From: a virus
IMG/VR virus record: IMGVR_UViG_3300036817_000162
Reading direction: 5' to 3' (one strand)
Length of the DNA stretch: 64,000 nucleotides
Below the pieces are notes generated by a model. That model did not search any database, had not been told where the DNA came from, and saw only the letters and a list, made by a program, of their open reading frames with translations. Shown in pieces: positions 27,945 through 37,245 of this stretch (position 1 is its first letter; the number at the start of each line of letters is the position of its first letter). A program made the translations under genes and the position numbers.

Positions 27945-28416
27945 GGTAGCGAACGAGCCAGGCGGCGGCGTCGCGGTACGCAACCGGAACAACCCGTTCA
28001 AGGTGCTGCACTTCACCCGGGACGAGTGGGATGCGTTCATCGGCGAGGAGGGCAAGGGCGGCGTCAAGGACGGCGAGTTCGACAGACCCGGCGGCACCGG
28101 GTGCCGGTACTGCGCCGACGAGGAACCTGAGCCGCGTCACTGCACCTGCCGGCAGCCTTGCGGGACGGACGGCTGCCCGGCCGGCGACCCGGTGTGCGAG
28201 GCCGGATGCCCGCAGGGAAGCACTGGCAGGCACGAGCGGCCTTGCCGGTGGGCGGGACGGTGGGTCATTGGCTCCGCCGAGGACGAGGTGCTGGTGCTCG
28301 GGGAGGACCCGGGCGACGACAGCATGGTGTGCGTGACCCGGCTGGACGGCAGCAGGCACGAGCACGTCAGGCCGCTCATGCTGGTGCCGCCGGCCTACTA
28401 CGAGGGCAACAGGTGA
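27916..28416 (+). CDS. DUF397-like domain fused to Cys-rich region
   Basis: W..SSS.EVA....VAVRN....L.FTRDEWDAFI..GVKDGEFD. Confidence 0.7.
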   Translation: MKWQGSSSFEVANEPGGGVAVRNRNNPFKVLHFTRDEWDAFIGEEGKGGVKDGEFDRPGGTGCRYCADEEPEPRHCTCRQPCGTDGCPAGDPVCEAGCPQGSTGRHERPCRWAGRWVIGSAEDEVLVLGEDPGDDSMVCVTRLDGSRHEHVRPLMLVPPAYYEGNR

Positions 28417-28428
28417 CGGGGGCTGGGG

Positions 28429-28656
28429 ATGGCAACGCCGGAGGAGCAGGAAGAGACCGCCCGCCAGGAGGTCCGGGCGGCAGGCGAGGCGGTAATCATT
28501 GCCCGCCACGCCTGGTACGCGGCGGTGGCCCGGCACGGTGAGCTGATCGGGAAGCTGGCCGGCGTCAGGGCGCAGATGCGGGAAACGGCACGGGCCGGGG
28601 GCTGCGACTCCCCCGGCCCGTCAATCAGCTACCAGCAGGACAGAGGCTACCAGTGA
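28429..28656 (+). CDS. hypothetical protein
   Basis: 75 aa helical ORF in chain. Confidence 0.5.
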   Translation: MATPEEQEETARQEVRAAGEAVIIARHAWYAAVARHGELIGKLAGVRAQMRETARAGGCDSPGPSISYQQDRGYQ

Positions 28657-28803
28657 ACGAGGCCGTGCGCCCGGCATTTTTCCGTAAGACTCTCAACTTG
28701 CGAAGCACACAGATGTAGCGTCGGAAACAGAGGGGAGGAACGCGGGCATCCGGGGCGCACGGGTAAAAACCGGCACGTCCTAGCGCCTCCGCCGCCCCGC
28801 ATG

Positions 28804-28825
28804 TATCCTCACATGTGAGAGAGGG
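28804..28825 (+). promoter_or_regulatory. palindrome-promoter copy 10 (fused to RBS)
   Basis: TATCCT overlapping CTCACATGTGAG-AGAGGG. Confidence 0.7.
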
Positions 28826-28827
28826 AG

Positions 28828-29358
28828 ATGGAAAAGGGCATGGCCGTCACGGGAGACATCGCAGGCGCGTACGGGACAGCGCAGGAGATATCGCTGCCAC
28901 TAGGTGACCTGGGCCTCGCCCCGGTCCTCCGGCACTGGCTGATCACCGTGCCCCGCCTCCACGTCCGTGGCCAGCTTGTCCTGGCCGCCACCACCCTGCG
29001 GGACCTGCCCGGCTTCTTCCCCGCGACCCGGCACTTCCCGGCCGCCACCCATGAGGTCCACCTCATCCCACTCATCCTGAACGGCCCGCCGTTCGACCCC
29101 CCGGGGGTCCTCCGGGCCGTGTCCCGCCGCACCCTGCCAATGGCAGAGGACGGCGCGTTCCGCTGCCAGGTCGGCGCGACCGACGCCGAGATGAGCGTGA
29201 TCACCCCGAACCTGGCCGCCGAGATCGTGATCCACGGCTGGAACCCTGACCCCCTGGCCGGCCTGTCTCCCGTCGACCTGTGGCGGGAGCTGGTCGAGAG
29301 CCACCTGGCCCAGCTCCGCACGGCCCGCAGGAGCGGCCCGCAGGCGGTAGTGACATGA
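28828..29358 (+). CDS. hypothetical protein
   Basis: strong RBS; HWLITVP..H..G..VLA motif. Confidence 0.7.
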   Translation: MEKGMAVTGDIAGAYGTAQEISLPLGDLGLAPVLRHWLITVPRLHVRGQLVLAATTLRDLPGFFPATRHFPAATHEVHLIPLILNGPPFDPPGVLRAVSRRTLPMAEDGAFRCQVGATDAEMSVITPNLAAEIVIHGWNPDPLAGLSPVDLWRELVESHLAQLRTARRSGPQAVVT

Positions 29359-30206
29359 CGGCGACCGAGGCGCCAGCCCACGGCAAGCACGCCACGCCCG
29401 AGTTCAGGGCCATCGCGGACGCGGGCACGATCCTGCGCTGCCAGGTCGGCTCCGGGGTTCACGGCACCGCGATCGGCGGCTACGACGACCGCGACGAGAT
29501 GGGCATCTGCATCGAGCCGCCGACCTACGCGATCGGCGTCCGGAGCTTCCCGCCGCACACCTCGGCGAACCCGGGTGACCTGTTCGAGCAGTACGAGCAC
29601 CACACCGCATGGGACCGCCCCGGCGGCCTCGCGAACCGATCCGGCCACGGCGACCTCGACGTCACGGTCTACAGCTTGCGGAAGTGGACGCGGCTCGCGC
29701 TGGCCGGGAACCCGTCGGTGCTGCTGCCGCTGTTCGTGCCCGAGTCGGAGGTCACCGTCATCACCCCGGCCGGGCGGGAGCTGCGCGCCCTGGCCCCGGC
29801 GATCGTGTCCCGCCAGGCGGGGGAAAGCTTCCTCGGCTACCTGGCTAGGCAGCGGGCCAACCTGCTGTCCCGCGACGGCAAGGGAAATGACGTCACCCGC
29901 CCCGAGCTGATCGAGCGGTACGGGTGGGACGTGAAGTTCGGCGGGCACATGGTCCGCCTCGGCTTCCAGGGCGTCGAACTGATGGAGACGGGCCGGATCA
30001 CGCTCCCGATGCCAGTCGCCTCACGGGAGATCGTCCGGGACATCCGCATGGGCCAGATCCCGATGGTACGGGCGCTGGCGCTGGCCGGCCACCTGGAGAT
30101 CCGGATCGGGGACCTGCTGACGGACTCGCCGCTGCGCGAGTACCCGGACCGCGACTTGGTCGACGAGTGGCTGGTCAGCACCTACCTGAGGGCGTGGTCC
30201 CGGTGA
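29355..30206 (+). CDS. Pol-beta superfamily nucleotidyltransferase (RlaP/YcgL-like)
   Basis: VGSGVHG...DDRDEMG, YSLRKW.RLAL.GNPS.L..LF, HMVRLGFQG.EL..TG. Confidence 0.85.
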   Translation: MTATEAPAHGKHATPEFRAIADAGTILRCQVGSGVHGTAIGGYDDRDEMGICIEPPTYAIGVRSFPPHTSANPGDLFEQYEHHTAWDRPGGLANRSGHGDLDVTVYSLRKWTRLALAGNPSVLLPLFVPESEVTVITPAGRELRALAPAIVSRQAGESFLGYLARQRANLLSRDGKGNDVTRPELIERYGWDVKFGGHMVRLGFQGVELMETGRITLPMPVASREIVRDIRMGQIPMVRALALAGHLEIRIGDLLTDSPLREYPDRDLVDEWLVSTYLRAWSR

Positions 30207-30349
30207 GGTTTATCTGGGCAATAGTGGCGGGATACGCCATCGGCTTGCTGCTTGCCGCCTTCCTCCCCCCGTTCTGGCAGGCGCTCACGCTTTCCTTGTG
30301 GGGCGCGCTTGGCGTGGCCGCTTACATCGTCCAGCGGGAGCGCCGGTGA
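30203..30349 (+). CDS. small membrane protein
   Basis: two hydrophobic segments, GTGA coupled. Confidence 0.55.
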   Translation: MRFIWAIVAGYAIGLLLAAFLPPFWQALTLSLWGALGVAAYIVQRERR

Positions 30350-30582
30350 ACGACGGCGAACGGCGCGGCCTGCTGCCGCTGACGCTCGGCCCGCCGCCGT
30401 GGACGGTGCGGGTGCAGCTGGTCAGCTTCGACGGGGAGGCTCTGGTCACCTGTGACGTCGCGACCCTGACCAGCTACGGGGACCGGGTGTCGCTGGACTT
30501 CGACGTAGCGGACCTGGTGGCCGAGTCGCCGTCGGTGACCCGGTCGGTGAGCCGTCGGGGCGGGGGCGTGAGCAGTGACTAG
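30346..30582 (+). CDS. hypothetical protein
   Basis: GTGA coupled. Confidence 0.5.
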   Translation: MNDGERRGLLPLTLGPPPWTVRVQLVSFDGEALVTCDVATLTSYGDRVSLDFDVADLVAESPSVTRSVSRRGGGVSSD

Positions 30583-30734
30583 GGACCAGGTGTCGCTGGT
30601 GATCGGCCTCCTGCTGGCGCTGTCGGCGTTCGGGATAGCCATGCTGACCAGCCGGGACGTGACGCACACGGAAGGTTTCTGGGTTGCCCTGGCCACGATC
30701 TTCTGCGTGATCGGCGCGGTCGGGATGGCCCGCC

Positions 30735-30980
30735 GTGCCTAGCGATGGGGCGTGTGGCCCGGTGCCACCATTTAGCGCGCGGGCGCATCTAGCGTGGCTG
30801 ATGTACTGCTATCAGCAGGGGTACACCGAGCCCGGTGACCGTGCCATCCTCACGAACTGGCTGGCCGACGACCCGTCCACTCTTGCCGCCAGCGCCCAGA
30901 AGCTACAAAGCGCCCTTCTGGGCATGGCTGACGAGATCCTGGTGCTGCTGGCTGACGAGGGCAGCGATGGCCAGCACTGA
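30735..30980 (+). CDS. hypothetical protein
   Basis: in operon chain. Confidence 0.5.
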   Translation: MPSDGACGPVPPFSARAHLAWLMYCYQQGYTEPGDRAILTNWLADDPSTLAASAQKLQSALLGMADEILVLLADEGSDGQH

Positions 30981-31287
30981 GTGCAACTCGTGCCACCAGG
31001 AGGTCGACTGGGCGGTGAAGTGGCCGGAGGAGCTGAACGACAAGGGCCTGCCGAAGACGGTGCCGGTCAACCATGACAGCGTGGACGACCCGGCCGGGCT
31101 GCTGGAGGTCTGGCGGGAGCCGGTGATCAGCACGTCCACGGGCAGCCCGGCGACGGTTCTGCTTTTCCGGTATCTCAAGAGGGGCGAGCCGCTGACCCCG
31201 GGGCGCCACCGGGGCGTGAGCCACTTCGCGACCTGTTCTCATGCTGACCAGTGGCGGTCGAAGCCGAGATCGAGGAGCACCGCATGA
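30967..31287 (+). CDS. zinc-binding hypothetical protein
   Basis: CNSC...W...SHFATCSHA.QWR. Confidence 0.7.
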   Translation: MASTECNSCHQEVDWAVKWPEELNDKGLPKTVPVNHDSVDDPAGLLEVWREPVISTSTGSPATVLLFRYLKRGEPLTPGRHRGVSHFATCSHADQWRSKPRSRSTA

Positions 31288-31535
31288 ACCTGAAGGGCGA
31301 CTACCGGATCGGCGCAGACCCTGGCCGCAGCAACAAGCTGGCGTTCGTGATCGCCGCGCCCGGCGGCACGCAGGTGGTGTACGAGATCACGGACGGCCGG
31401 CATTATGATGTCGCGGCGCTCGCCCACGGGGGCGAGCCCGGTGAGGTGATCGGCGAGGATATCCCGGCGTGGGTGGCCAGGGTTATCGTCGCCTGCCTGG
31501 AGGGCCCGGCGCGAGTCACCGTGCACTTCCCGTAA
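31284..31535 (+). CDS. hypothetical protein
   Basis: GAGGAG RBS, ATGA coupled. Confidence 0.6.
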   Translation: MNLKGDYRIGADPGRSNKLAFVIAAPGGTQVVYEITDGRHYDVAALAHGGEPGEVIGEDIPAWVARVIVACLEGPARVTVHFP

Positions 31536-31538
31536 GCG

Positions 31539-31602
31539 GTCCCCCGGCCTCAGGGGGACCAGGGCCGCCGCCGGATGGCCACCCAGCGCCCGGCGGCGGC
31601 CC
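31539..31602 (+). terminator. double hairpin, probable terminator
   Basis: GTCCCCC/GGGGGAC and GGGCCGCCGCCGG/CCGGCGGCGGCCC. Confidence 0.55.
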
Positions 31603-31629
31603 CCCGTGACCAGGAGAGAGAGAAGAGAG

Positions 31630-31854
31630 ATGGCGAGTGAGGCTGACCCGTCGCAGGATGACCGCCCGTCGTGCCCGGTGCACGGCCGGATGAGCGCACT
31701 GCTGGTGCCCGGGTGCAGCATCTTCTGCCGCTGCGACCCGGCCCGGTGGGAGTGCCCTGGCTTCGAGGGCGAGGGCTGCGCTTACAAGGTGACGCTGTAC
31801 GCCCGGATCATGGGGGAACTCAAGGCCCGCATGCGGCTGGGCGGTGTGCTGTGA
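31630..31854 (+). CDS. small Cys-rich protein
   Basis: CPVH...C..FCRC...WEC..C. Confidence 0.55.
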   Translation: MASEADPSQDDRPSCPVHGRMSALLVPGCSIFCRCDPARWECPGFEGEGCAYKVTLYARIMGELKARMRLGGVL

Positions 31855-31978
31855 CCGTCGCCCTGGTGTACCTGCTCGTGTTCGCCTGCGGGTCGGCGGG
31901 CACGGCCGGGGCGGTGCTGGCCATATGGCTGGTGTCCCGGGCCCGGATGCTGTGGACTACCGGCGGGAGGGGCGGCCG

Positions 31979-32359
31979 GTGAAGCCGTCGGGCATCCCGG
32001 CGGACAGCGGCGACGCGGTCGCCAAGTCGGAGTGGACGACGCGGCTGTTCCGCAGGCACTCGCAGCCCGGTGACCGGCTCACGGTCGCCAGTTACTCGCC
32101 GCCGCTGGGTCGCCATCAGTTCGAGGCGCTGCGCGGCGTATCGGACCTGAACGGTGACGCGGACGTCGCGGAGGTCACGTTCCGGTCAGGCAAGCGGGTA
32201 CTTCTGGTCTGGTGCCCCCGCTACGAGGACGACATCACCCGCAACGTGTACGTGACGGTCGAGCCGGGACACTGCCTGGCCTACGACCACGCCACCGGCT
32301 ACCTGTCGGAGGTCAGCGACGAGATCCTGGCGGATTACGAGCCGGGCGACACGGGATGA
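31979..32359 (+). CDS. hypothetical protein
   Basis: GTGA and ATGA coupling. Confidence 0.6.
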   Translation: MKPSGIPADSGDAVAKSEWTTRLFRRHSQPGDRLTVASYSPPLGRHQFEALRGVSDLNGDADVAEVTFRSGKRVLLVWCPRYEDDITRNVYVTVEPGHCLAYDHATGYLSEVSDEILADYEPGDTG

Positions 32360-32658
32360 GCCTGACGGTTTCCTCGGTGCTGCTGGGTGCGGGTATCTTC
32401 CTGACGGGGACAGGAGTGGGGCTGATGCTGACCGCCGCGTGGATGCGCGGCCCGCTGACGGCCCGCGTACGGCGCCCACGCCGCCCGTGGCGGCCTGCAC
32501 GGTGCGGCGGGCATCATCGCCGCCCTGAGCCGGTTCATCCCGCTACGCGCGGGAACGGGCTCCCTGCGGGGGACATCCCGGCTGACGCTGCCCGCCGCAC
32601 CGTGCCCGCCGGGTGGAGCATGCTCCCGACGAGCCCGTGGAGGCACGACGGTGAGTGA
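32356..32658 (+). CDS. putative membrane protein
   Basis: N-terminal hydrophobic helix. Confidence 0.45.
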   Translation: MSLTVSSVLLGAGIFLTGTGVGLMLTAAWMRGPLTARVRRPRRPWRPARCGGHHRRPEPVHPATRGNGLPAGDIPADAARRTVPAGWSMLPTSPWRHDGE

Positions 32659-33028
32659 GCCGGTGTTCCAGATCCGCACTGGCCGGCGAGGTGAGCCGAC
32701 GGGGTTCGACTCGGCTATCGCCCTCGTGCCTGAGCGCTGGTACGTGACCGTGAACGGGAAGCGGTCGCTGCTGGCTCAGCTGGCCGGCCGCGACCTGCGG
32801 GAGCTGTCGGAGGAGCAGGCGAGGTCGATCGGCGAAGTCCTCCATCATGCCAGCTGGATACTGACCGGCGACCCGGATGAGGTGCGCAGGTTCGGGATGA
32901 TGCATGACTGCGCGGCCTGCCGGGCGGGGGTCGACCAGGCGCTCGCCTACCTGAGTGAGTACCCGGGCGCGGAGGTAGCGGTCGGTCAGCTGCACTGGGC
33001 GAAAGAGGGAGACGAAGATGGGGCATGA
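32651..33028 (+). CDS. hypothetical protein
   Basis: GGAGG RBS; HDCAAC. Confidence 0.6.
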   Translation: MSEPVFQIRTGRRGEPTGFDSAIALVPERWYVTVNGKRSLLAQLAGRDLRELSEEQARSIGEVLHHASWILTGDPDEVRRFGMMHDCAACRAGVDQALAYLSEYPGAEVAVGQLHWAKEGDEDGA

Positions 33029-33333
33029 CGGCAAGTACGGGTTGGTCACTACCGAGCACGGCAATATCCCGGATGACGAGCCGGTGATCGTCATCCGCGC
33101 CCGCGACAAGAACGCCTGCCCGGCGATCAGCGCCTACCACGACCTGTGCGAGCGTAACGGGCAGCCCGCAGTTCCACCTCGCGCTGATCGAGCAGGCGTA
33201 CACGCGGTTCGCGGACTGGCAGGAAGCCCACCCTGACCGGGTCCGCACGCCGGACAGCGAGGCGCACCGGGAGCGACTGCTAGAGGAAGACCGGGAAACG
33301 CCAGCGGAGGGCCATCAGGGCACGGCAGGATAA
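33018..33333 (+). pseudogene. apparently frameshifted hypothetical gene
   Basis: PDDEPVIVIRARD family start; deleting one G at 33159-33161 gives ...NGSPQFHLALIEQAYTRFADWQ... ending TAA 33333. Confidence 0.55.
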
Positions 33334-33339
33334 GGCGGC

Positions 33340-33573
33340 ATGGAAACCTGGATCGTCCTGGTGAACAACCGGCACACCGACGTGGACGCCCTGCCGTTCA
33401 CCCGCCAGCAGGACGCGGAGGCCAAGGCCCGCGACATGGTCCCGGACGACACCGAGCCGACGGAGCTGACACGGGACATGGTGAGGGCCGGATGGGTGCT
33501 GAACCTCTCGTACGGCGCGGAGGGTGACTTCGCGCGGGTCATCCGGCGCACCGTGAACGGGAGGCGGCCCTGA
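33340..33573 (+). CDS. hypothetical protein
   Basis: TGATG coupling. Confidence 0.6.
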   Translation: METWIVLVNNRHTDVDALPFTRQQDAEAKARDMVPDDTEPTELTRDMVRAGWVLNLSYGAEGDFARVIRRTVNGRRP

Positions 33574-33914
33574 TGGCGGATCCCGTGGAGTTCGCCGCCG
33601 CCCGCCTCAACGAGGACGAGGCCGCAGCCAGGGCGAAGCCGGTTGCCCGCTGGCGCGCGTTCTGCCTGTGGATCATGGACGGCGCCGTGTACCTCACCCG
33701 GGAGAACGCCGCCCTGTCAGCCCGGATGCGGCGTGACGTCGGAGCTGGCCGCCGTATCGTCGCCCGGCACCGCGAGTGCATGACCGGATGCGGGTACGAC
33801 GAGCGGTTCCCCGGCCCGGGACCGTGCCCTGACCTGTCTGACCTGCTGTCCCGCTGGTCAGACCACCCGGACTACGACCGGAAGTGGACGGACGGCTGGC
33901 ATGAGTGGACCTGA
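33573..33914 (+). CDS. actinobacterial phage hypothetical protein
   Basis: EFAAARL.EDE.AA...Y.DHPDY...W pattern. Confidence 0.65.
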   Translation: MADPVEFAAARLNEDEAAARAKPVARWRAFCLWIMDGAVYLTRENAALSARMRRDVGAGRRIVARHRECMTGCGYDERFPGPGPCPDLSDLLSRWSDHPDYDRKWTDGWHEWT

Positions 33915-34191
33915 CCCGATGCTGAGCAGCTGGAACGAGCCGGACAGCGACCTGCTCGGCGAGCTGACGCACCAGGCGATGTTCGCCGCCGGCGCGGAGG
34001 CCATGAAGCCGGGGCCGCCCAGCCGGATCCGCAACCCGGACGGCTCACAGCAGGGCGAGACCCTGAACGAGCGCGACACCCGGGTCGTCCGCGCGGCACT
34101 GCGGATGCTGCTCGCCAACGGGATCATCACCGTCACCCCGGTTGAGGAGCGGCCCGAATGGGTGGCCCTCAGCCCGCCGGAAGACATGTGA
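33901..34191 (+). CDS. hypothetical protein
   Basis: in operon chain. Confidence 0.55.
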   Translation: MSGPDPMLSSWNEPDSDLLGELTHQAMFAAGAEAMKPGPPSRIRNPDGSQQGETLNERDTRVVRAALRMLLANGIITVTPVEERPEWVALSPPEDM

Positions 34192-34448
34192 CCGGGCAAG
34201 AGTGGGGCGGCGACCCGTGGGACGACCTGCCGGAGCTGTCGATCCTGCTGTGGGGGCTGATCCTGGAGCTGCGCTGCAAGCGGTGCCGCAAGCGGTTCTG
34301 GAGCATCCGGGGCTGGCCCGAGGACCGCTACATGGCTCACCTGCCCTGTCATGCGGCTGTCCCGGCGCGGGTAACGTGATCCCCCGCCGTTCCCGCGCTA
34401 CCATGGTCCGGCGCCTGCACAGGCAGGCACCAGAGAGAGGGACGGAAC

Positions 34449-34837
34449 ATGAGGGGCAACACCAACCCGAGCGGCCCCGGCGACACAGCGGTCCTGAACC
34501 GCCGGTACGGCTGGGAGAACGCCATGGGCATCACCAGCAGCCGCACCACGTGCTGGGACTTCATGGAGTAAAGACCGCGCCGTTGAACTCCCACGAGGTG
34601 GTCATCCGGCTCGGCCGCCCGCTCAGCGCCCGGCTGGTCCCGCCGCCCCCCGGCACCCAGCCGGGCTACTTCGCCACGGTCAGCGAGATCCGCATCCCGT
34701 TCGCCGACCAGGCCAGCGCGGAGTCTGCGGTGACGGACATCGACATCCGGGTGCGGCCGGTGCACGACGCCGGCGGCGAAGACTACCGGCCCGTCGTCCG
34801 GGGTGAGGTATACCGCGTCAGCCCGGGGGAACTGTGA
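34449..34837 (+). pseudogene. possibly frameshifted gene (or 40-aa peptide plus downstream frame)
   Basis: GAGAGAGGG RBS, ATG 34449, TAA 34571; adding one base near ATGGAGTAAAG joins the downstream frame ending 34837. Confidence 0.4.
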
Positions 34838-35142
34838 CCGCGCCCGACCGTGCCTTCCGCACCCGGGAGATCGCCGGCCAGCTGCGGGACATCATCGAGC
34901 ACGGCCCCGACCCGGCGGAGCGCGCGGCACGGGAAGCGGCCCGCACCGACCCCTGGCGCTGGTACTGCCGCATCTGCGGCGCGACCGGGGAGAAACCGGA
35001 TCCAGTCGCCCGTGACCTGGAAGCGAACGAGCACCTGCTCACCACCCGCTGCGGCAACGGCGACGTGTTCGCCGGCGAGGACTCAGGGCGGCTGCTGCAC
35101 GTCTGGTCGTATCCGCTGGCCGCCCTCGCCTACCGGGACTAG
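34834..35142 (+). CDS. hypothetical protein
   Basis: GTGA coupled; WYCRICG. Confidence 0.6.
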   Translation: MTAPDRAFRTREIAGQLRDIIEHGPDPAERAAREAARTDPWRWYCRICGATGEKPDPVARDLEANEHLLTTRCGNGDVFAGEDSGRLLHVWSYPLAALAYRD

Positions 35143-35146
35143 CCGC

Positions 35147-35335
35147 ATGCCAGCCGTGGAAACCCGCATCGTCACCGTGACCATCCGGTACGAGGTACAC
35201 GGCACCGACAACGCCAGCGCCGTCAAGCTCGTCGAGGACCGCGTGCAGCCAGTCCTCGGCCTCACCTCACCAGGCTCCGGCTACCCCGCCATCTGGGCAT
35301 CGGAGATCACCAGCATCGAGTCAGCCCGCCGCTAG
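35147..35335 (+). CDS. small hypothetical protein
   Basis: ATG 35147 after previous stop. Confidence 0.5.
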   Translation: MPAVETRIVTVTIRYEVHGTDNASAVKLVEDRVQPVLGLTSPGSGYPAIWASEITSIESARR

Positions 35336-35355
35336 AACGCACGTGCACCTGCGCC

Positions 35356-35802
35356 GTGCACGCCGTTACGCTGATGACCGTGAGCTACCTGTGGCGCAAG
35401 CACGCCCTGCCATCCGGCAAGGTCCCCTGGCACGGCCGGGAACTCGACTTCACCCCCGAATGGCTCGCCAGCATGAGCGACGCGTTCACCGCCGGGGCAC
35501 TCAACATCGTCCCGTTCACCATCGAGGACACCCGCTGGGGCCCCGTGGACGACCCGGAGCTGATCCGGGGAACCGTCCGCTCTCTGCAAGTCGTCAGCGA
35601 CGGCCTGGAGGCGGTAGTCCAGGTTGACGAGCTAACCGACACGATCATCGACCTGGACAAGGAATACCCGGTCGGCTCCCGGATCATCTCGCGCTACGAG
35701 ACGCCGGGCAGCCGCGAGTACCCCGCCGTCTTCGCCATGCTGTACCTCACCGAACACCCCGGCATCCCCGGCCTGCGCCCCTGGCAGCGTGAACCGTCAT
35801 GA
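35356..35802 (+). CDS. Mu-type prohead-protease-like domain (short)
   Basis: W.K..LP.G...W.GR.LDFT...VPF......DP...RG.V..L....DGL.A...LT..P.IPGL.PW; start may be ATG 35374. Confidence 0.45.
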   Translation: MHAVTLMTVSYLWRKHALPSGKVPWHGRELDFTPEWLASMSDAFTAGALNIVPFTIEDTRWGPVDDPELIRGTVRSLQVVSDGLEAVVQVDELTDTIIDLDKEYPVGSRIISRYETPGSREYPAVFAMLYLTEHPGIPGLRPWQREPS

Positions 35803-36719
35803 GCCGCCTCGACCCCCCCGCCAGCTACGACGACGAACGCCGCGCCATCTGGGCCGACGCCGTCACCCGCCTCACCGCCGGCGGCCGGATCTTCCGCGCC
35901 GACCCCGAAGTCCTCGCCGCCTACGTCGAAGCCGTCCGCTCCCACCGCCAGGCCAGCCGCATCCTCGGCCAGTCCGACGTCACCATCCAGCACCCAGACG
36001 GCAGCTACGGCGAAAACCCCGCCCTCGCCATCCAACGGCGCTCCGCCGAAGCCATGGCCCGCGCATCCCGTGCCCTCGGCCTGTCCTGGATCGCAGCCCA
36101 CGACACCCCCATAGCCGAATCCCGGTCCCCCGACCCCATAGCTCCCCTCCCCGACCAGCGCAGATGGTGCGAGGAACACAAACGGTACGAGTGCAGGCAC
36201 AACCGCCAGGACGGCACCCCCTGCCACCAGTACCGTCTCGTCACCGGACTCGACGTGTGCCGCAAGCACGGCGGCAAAAGCCTCGACAAGCTCCGCGCCG
36301 ACGGCCAGGAACGCATCGCCGACCGGGAGGCAGCCCGGCTGCTGTACCGCCGCGACGCCGTCCCCGTCACCGACCCCCTCTCAGCGCTCCAGGCGCTCGC
36401 CGGACGCGCCCTGGCCCTCGAAGAGGTCATCGGGGAGAAAGTCAACGAGCTGCGCTCCATCCGGTACGAAACCGAGCACGGCGGAGAGCAGATCCGGGGA
36501 GAACTCCAGATCCTTGAGAAAGCCATGGACCGGGCCGCTAGGCTCCTGGTTGACATCGCGAAGCTGAACATCGAGGCGCGGCTGGCCGGGGTACGCGAGG
36601 CGACCGCCCGGATGCTGGAGGAAGCACTGAGCATGGCGCTCCAGAAGTCAGGCGCCGACCTGGCCGGGCAGGTAGCGGCCAGGGAAGAGTTCAAAAAGCG
36701 GCTGAAGGTGGTCGCATGA
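35799..36719 (+). CDS. terS: terminase small subunit-like, two-part fusion
   Basis: P27-type N-half (PP......AIW...L..Y......NPA......R.LGLS) plus C..H/CRKHGG and helical C-half. Confidence 0.6.
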   Translation: MSRLDPPASYDDERRAIWADAVTRLTAGGRIFRADPEVLAAYVEAVRSHRQASRILGQSDVTIQHPDGSYGENPALAIQRRSAEAMARASRALGLSWIAAHDTPIAESRSPDPIAPLPDQRRWCEEHKRYECRHNRQDGTPCHQYRLVTGLDVCRKHGGKSLDKLRADGQERIADREAARLLYRRDAVPVTDPLSALQALAGRALALEEVIGEKVNELRSIRYETEHGGEQIRGELQILEKAMDRAARLLVDIAKLNIEARLAGVREATARMLEEALSMALQKSGADLAGQVAAREEFKKRLKVVA

Positions 36720-36907
36720 TCCTGTTCTGGTGGCAGCGGGACCTGATCCGGAGCCTGTACTGGCGGTGGCGGGGCACCGTCACCCCGTGCGGCATCTCCC
36801 ACATCGACGCCTTCAACCCGTGCCTGCCGGATGGCGACGCCCGGGGCCTGTACTGCCTGACCTGCGGGCTGCGGCAGCGGCTGGAGCTGACGGGAGCCAC
36901 CGTATGA
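36716..36907 (+). CDS. small Cys-containing protein
   Basis: ATGA coupled both ends. Confidence 0.55.
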   Translation: MILFWWQRDLIRSLYWRWRGTVTPCGISHIDAFNPCLPDGDARGLYCLTCGLRQRLELTGATV

Positions 36908-37245
36908 GCGACGCCACCCCCGAGCACACCACCGTGAAGCTGGCCAGGGCACTGCGCGCGATCCCCGGTGTCCCCGAGGCCATGATCAAGCAGGCCGAGG
37001 AAGGGTTCTACCACGACTACCTGTCCCCCCTCGTGCTGCCCGACGTGCAGCTTTACACCGACCTGAAGGCACTCGCCGGGCGCCCCGAGACATCCCAGCG
37101 GTCCCGGGTGCAGCTCATCGACCTGGCCAGGCAGGTGGTCGACGGCGAGTTCGACGCGAGTAAGGCCGAGGCCGAGGAGTGGATGAAGTCACCCGAGGGA
37201 CAGCAGGCATTCCAGCAGGTCTTCCGGAACGGCCCCCCCGTATGA
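36904..37245 (+). CDS. hypothetical protein
   Basis: ATGA coupled; YHDYLS. Confidence 0.65.
   Translation: MSDATPEHTTVKLARALRAIPGVPEAMIKQAEEGFYHDYLSPLVLPDVQLYTDLKALAGRPETSQRSRVQLIDLARQVVDGEFDASKAEAEEWMKSPEGQQAFQQVFRNGPPV

Noticed and set aside
34449-34571. RiPP precursor peptide (40 aa)
   Set aside because: No modifying enzymes nearby; more simply the 5' part of a frameshifted gene
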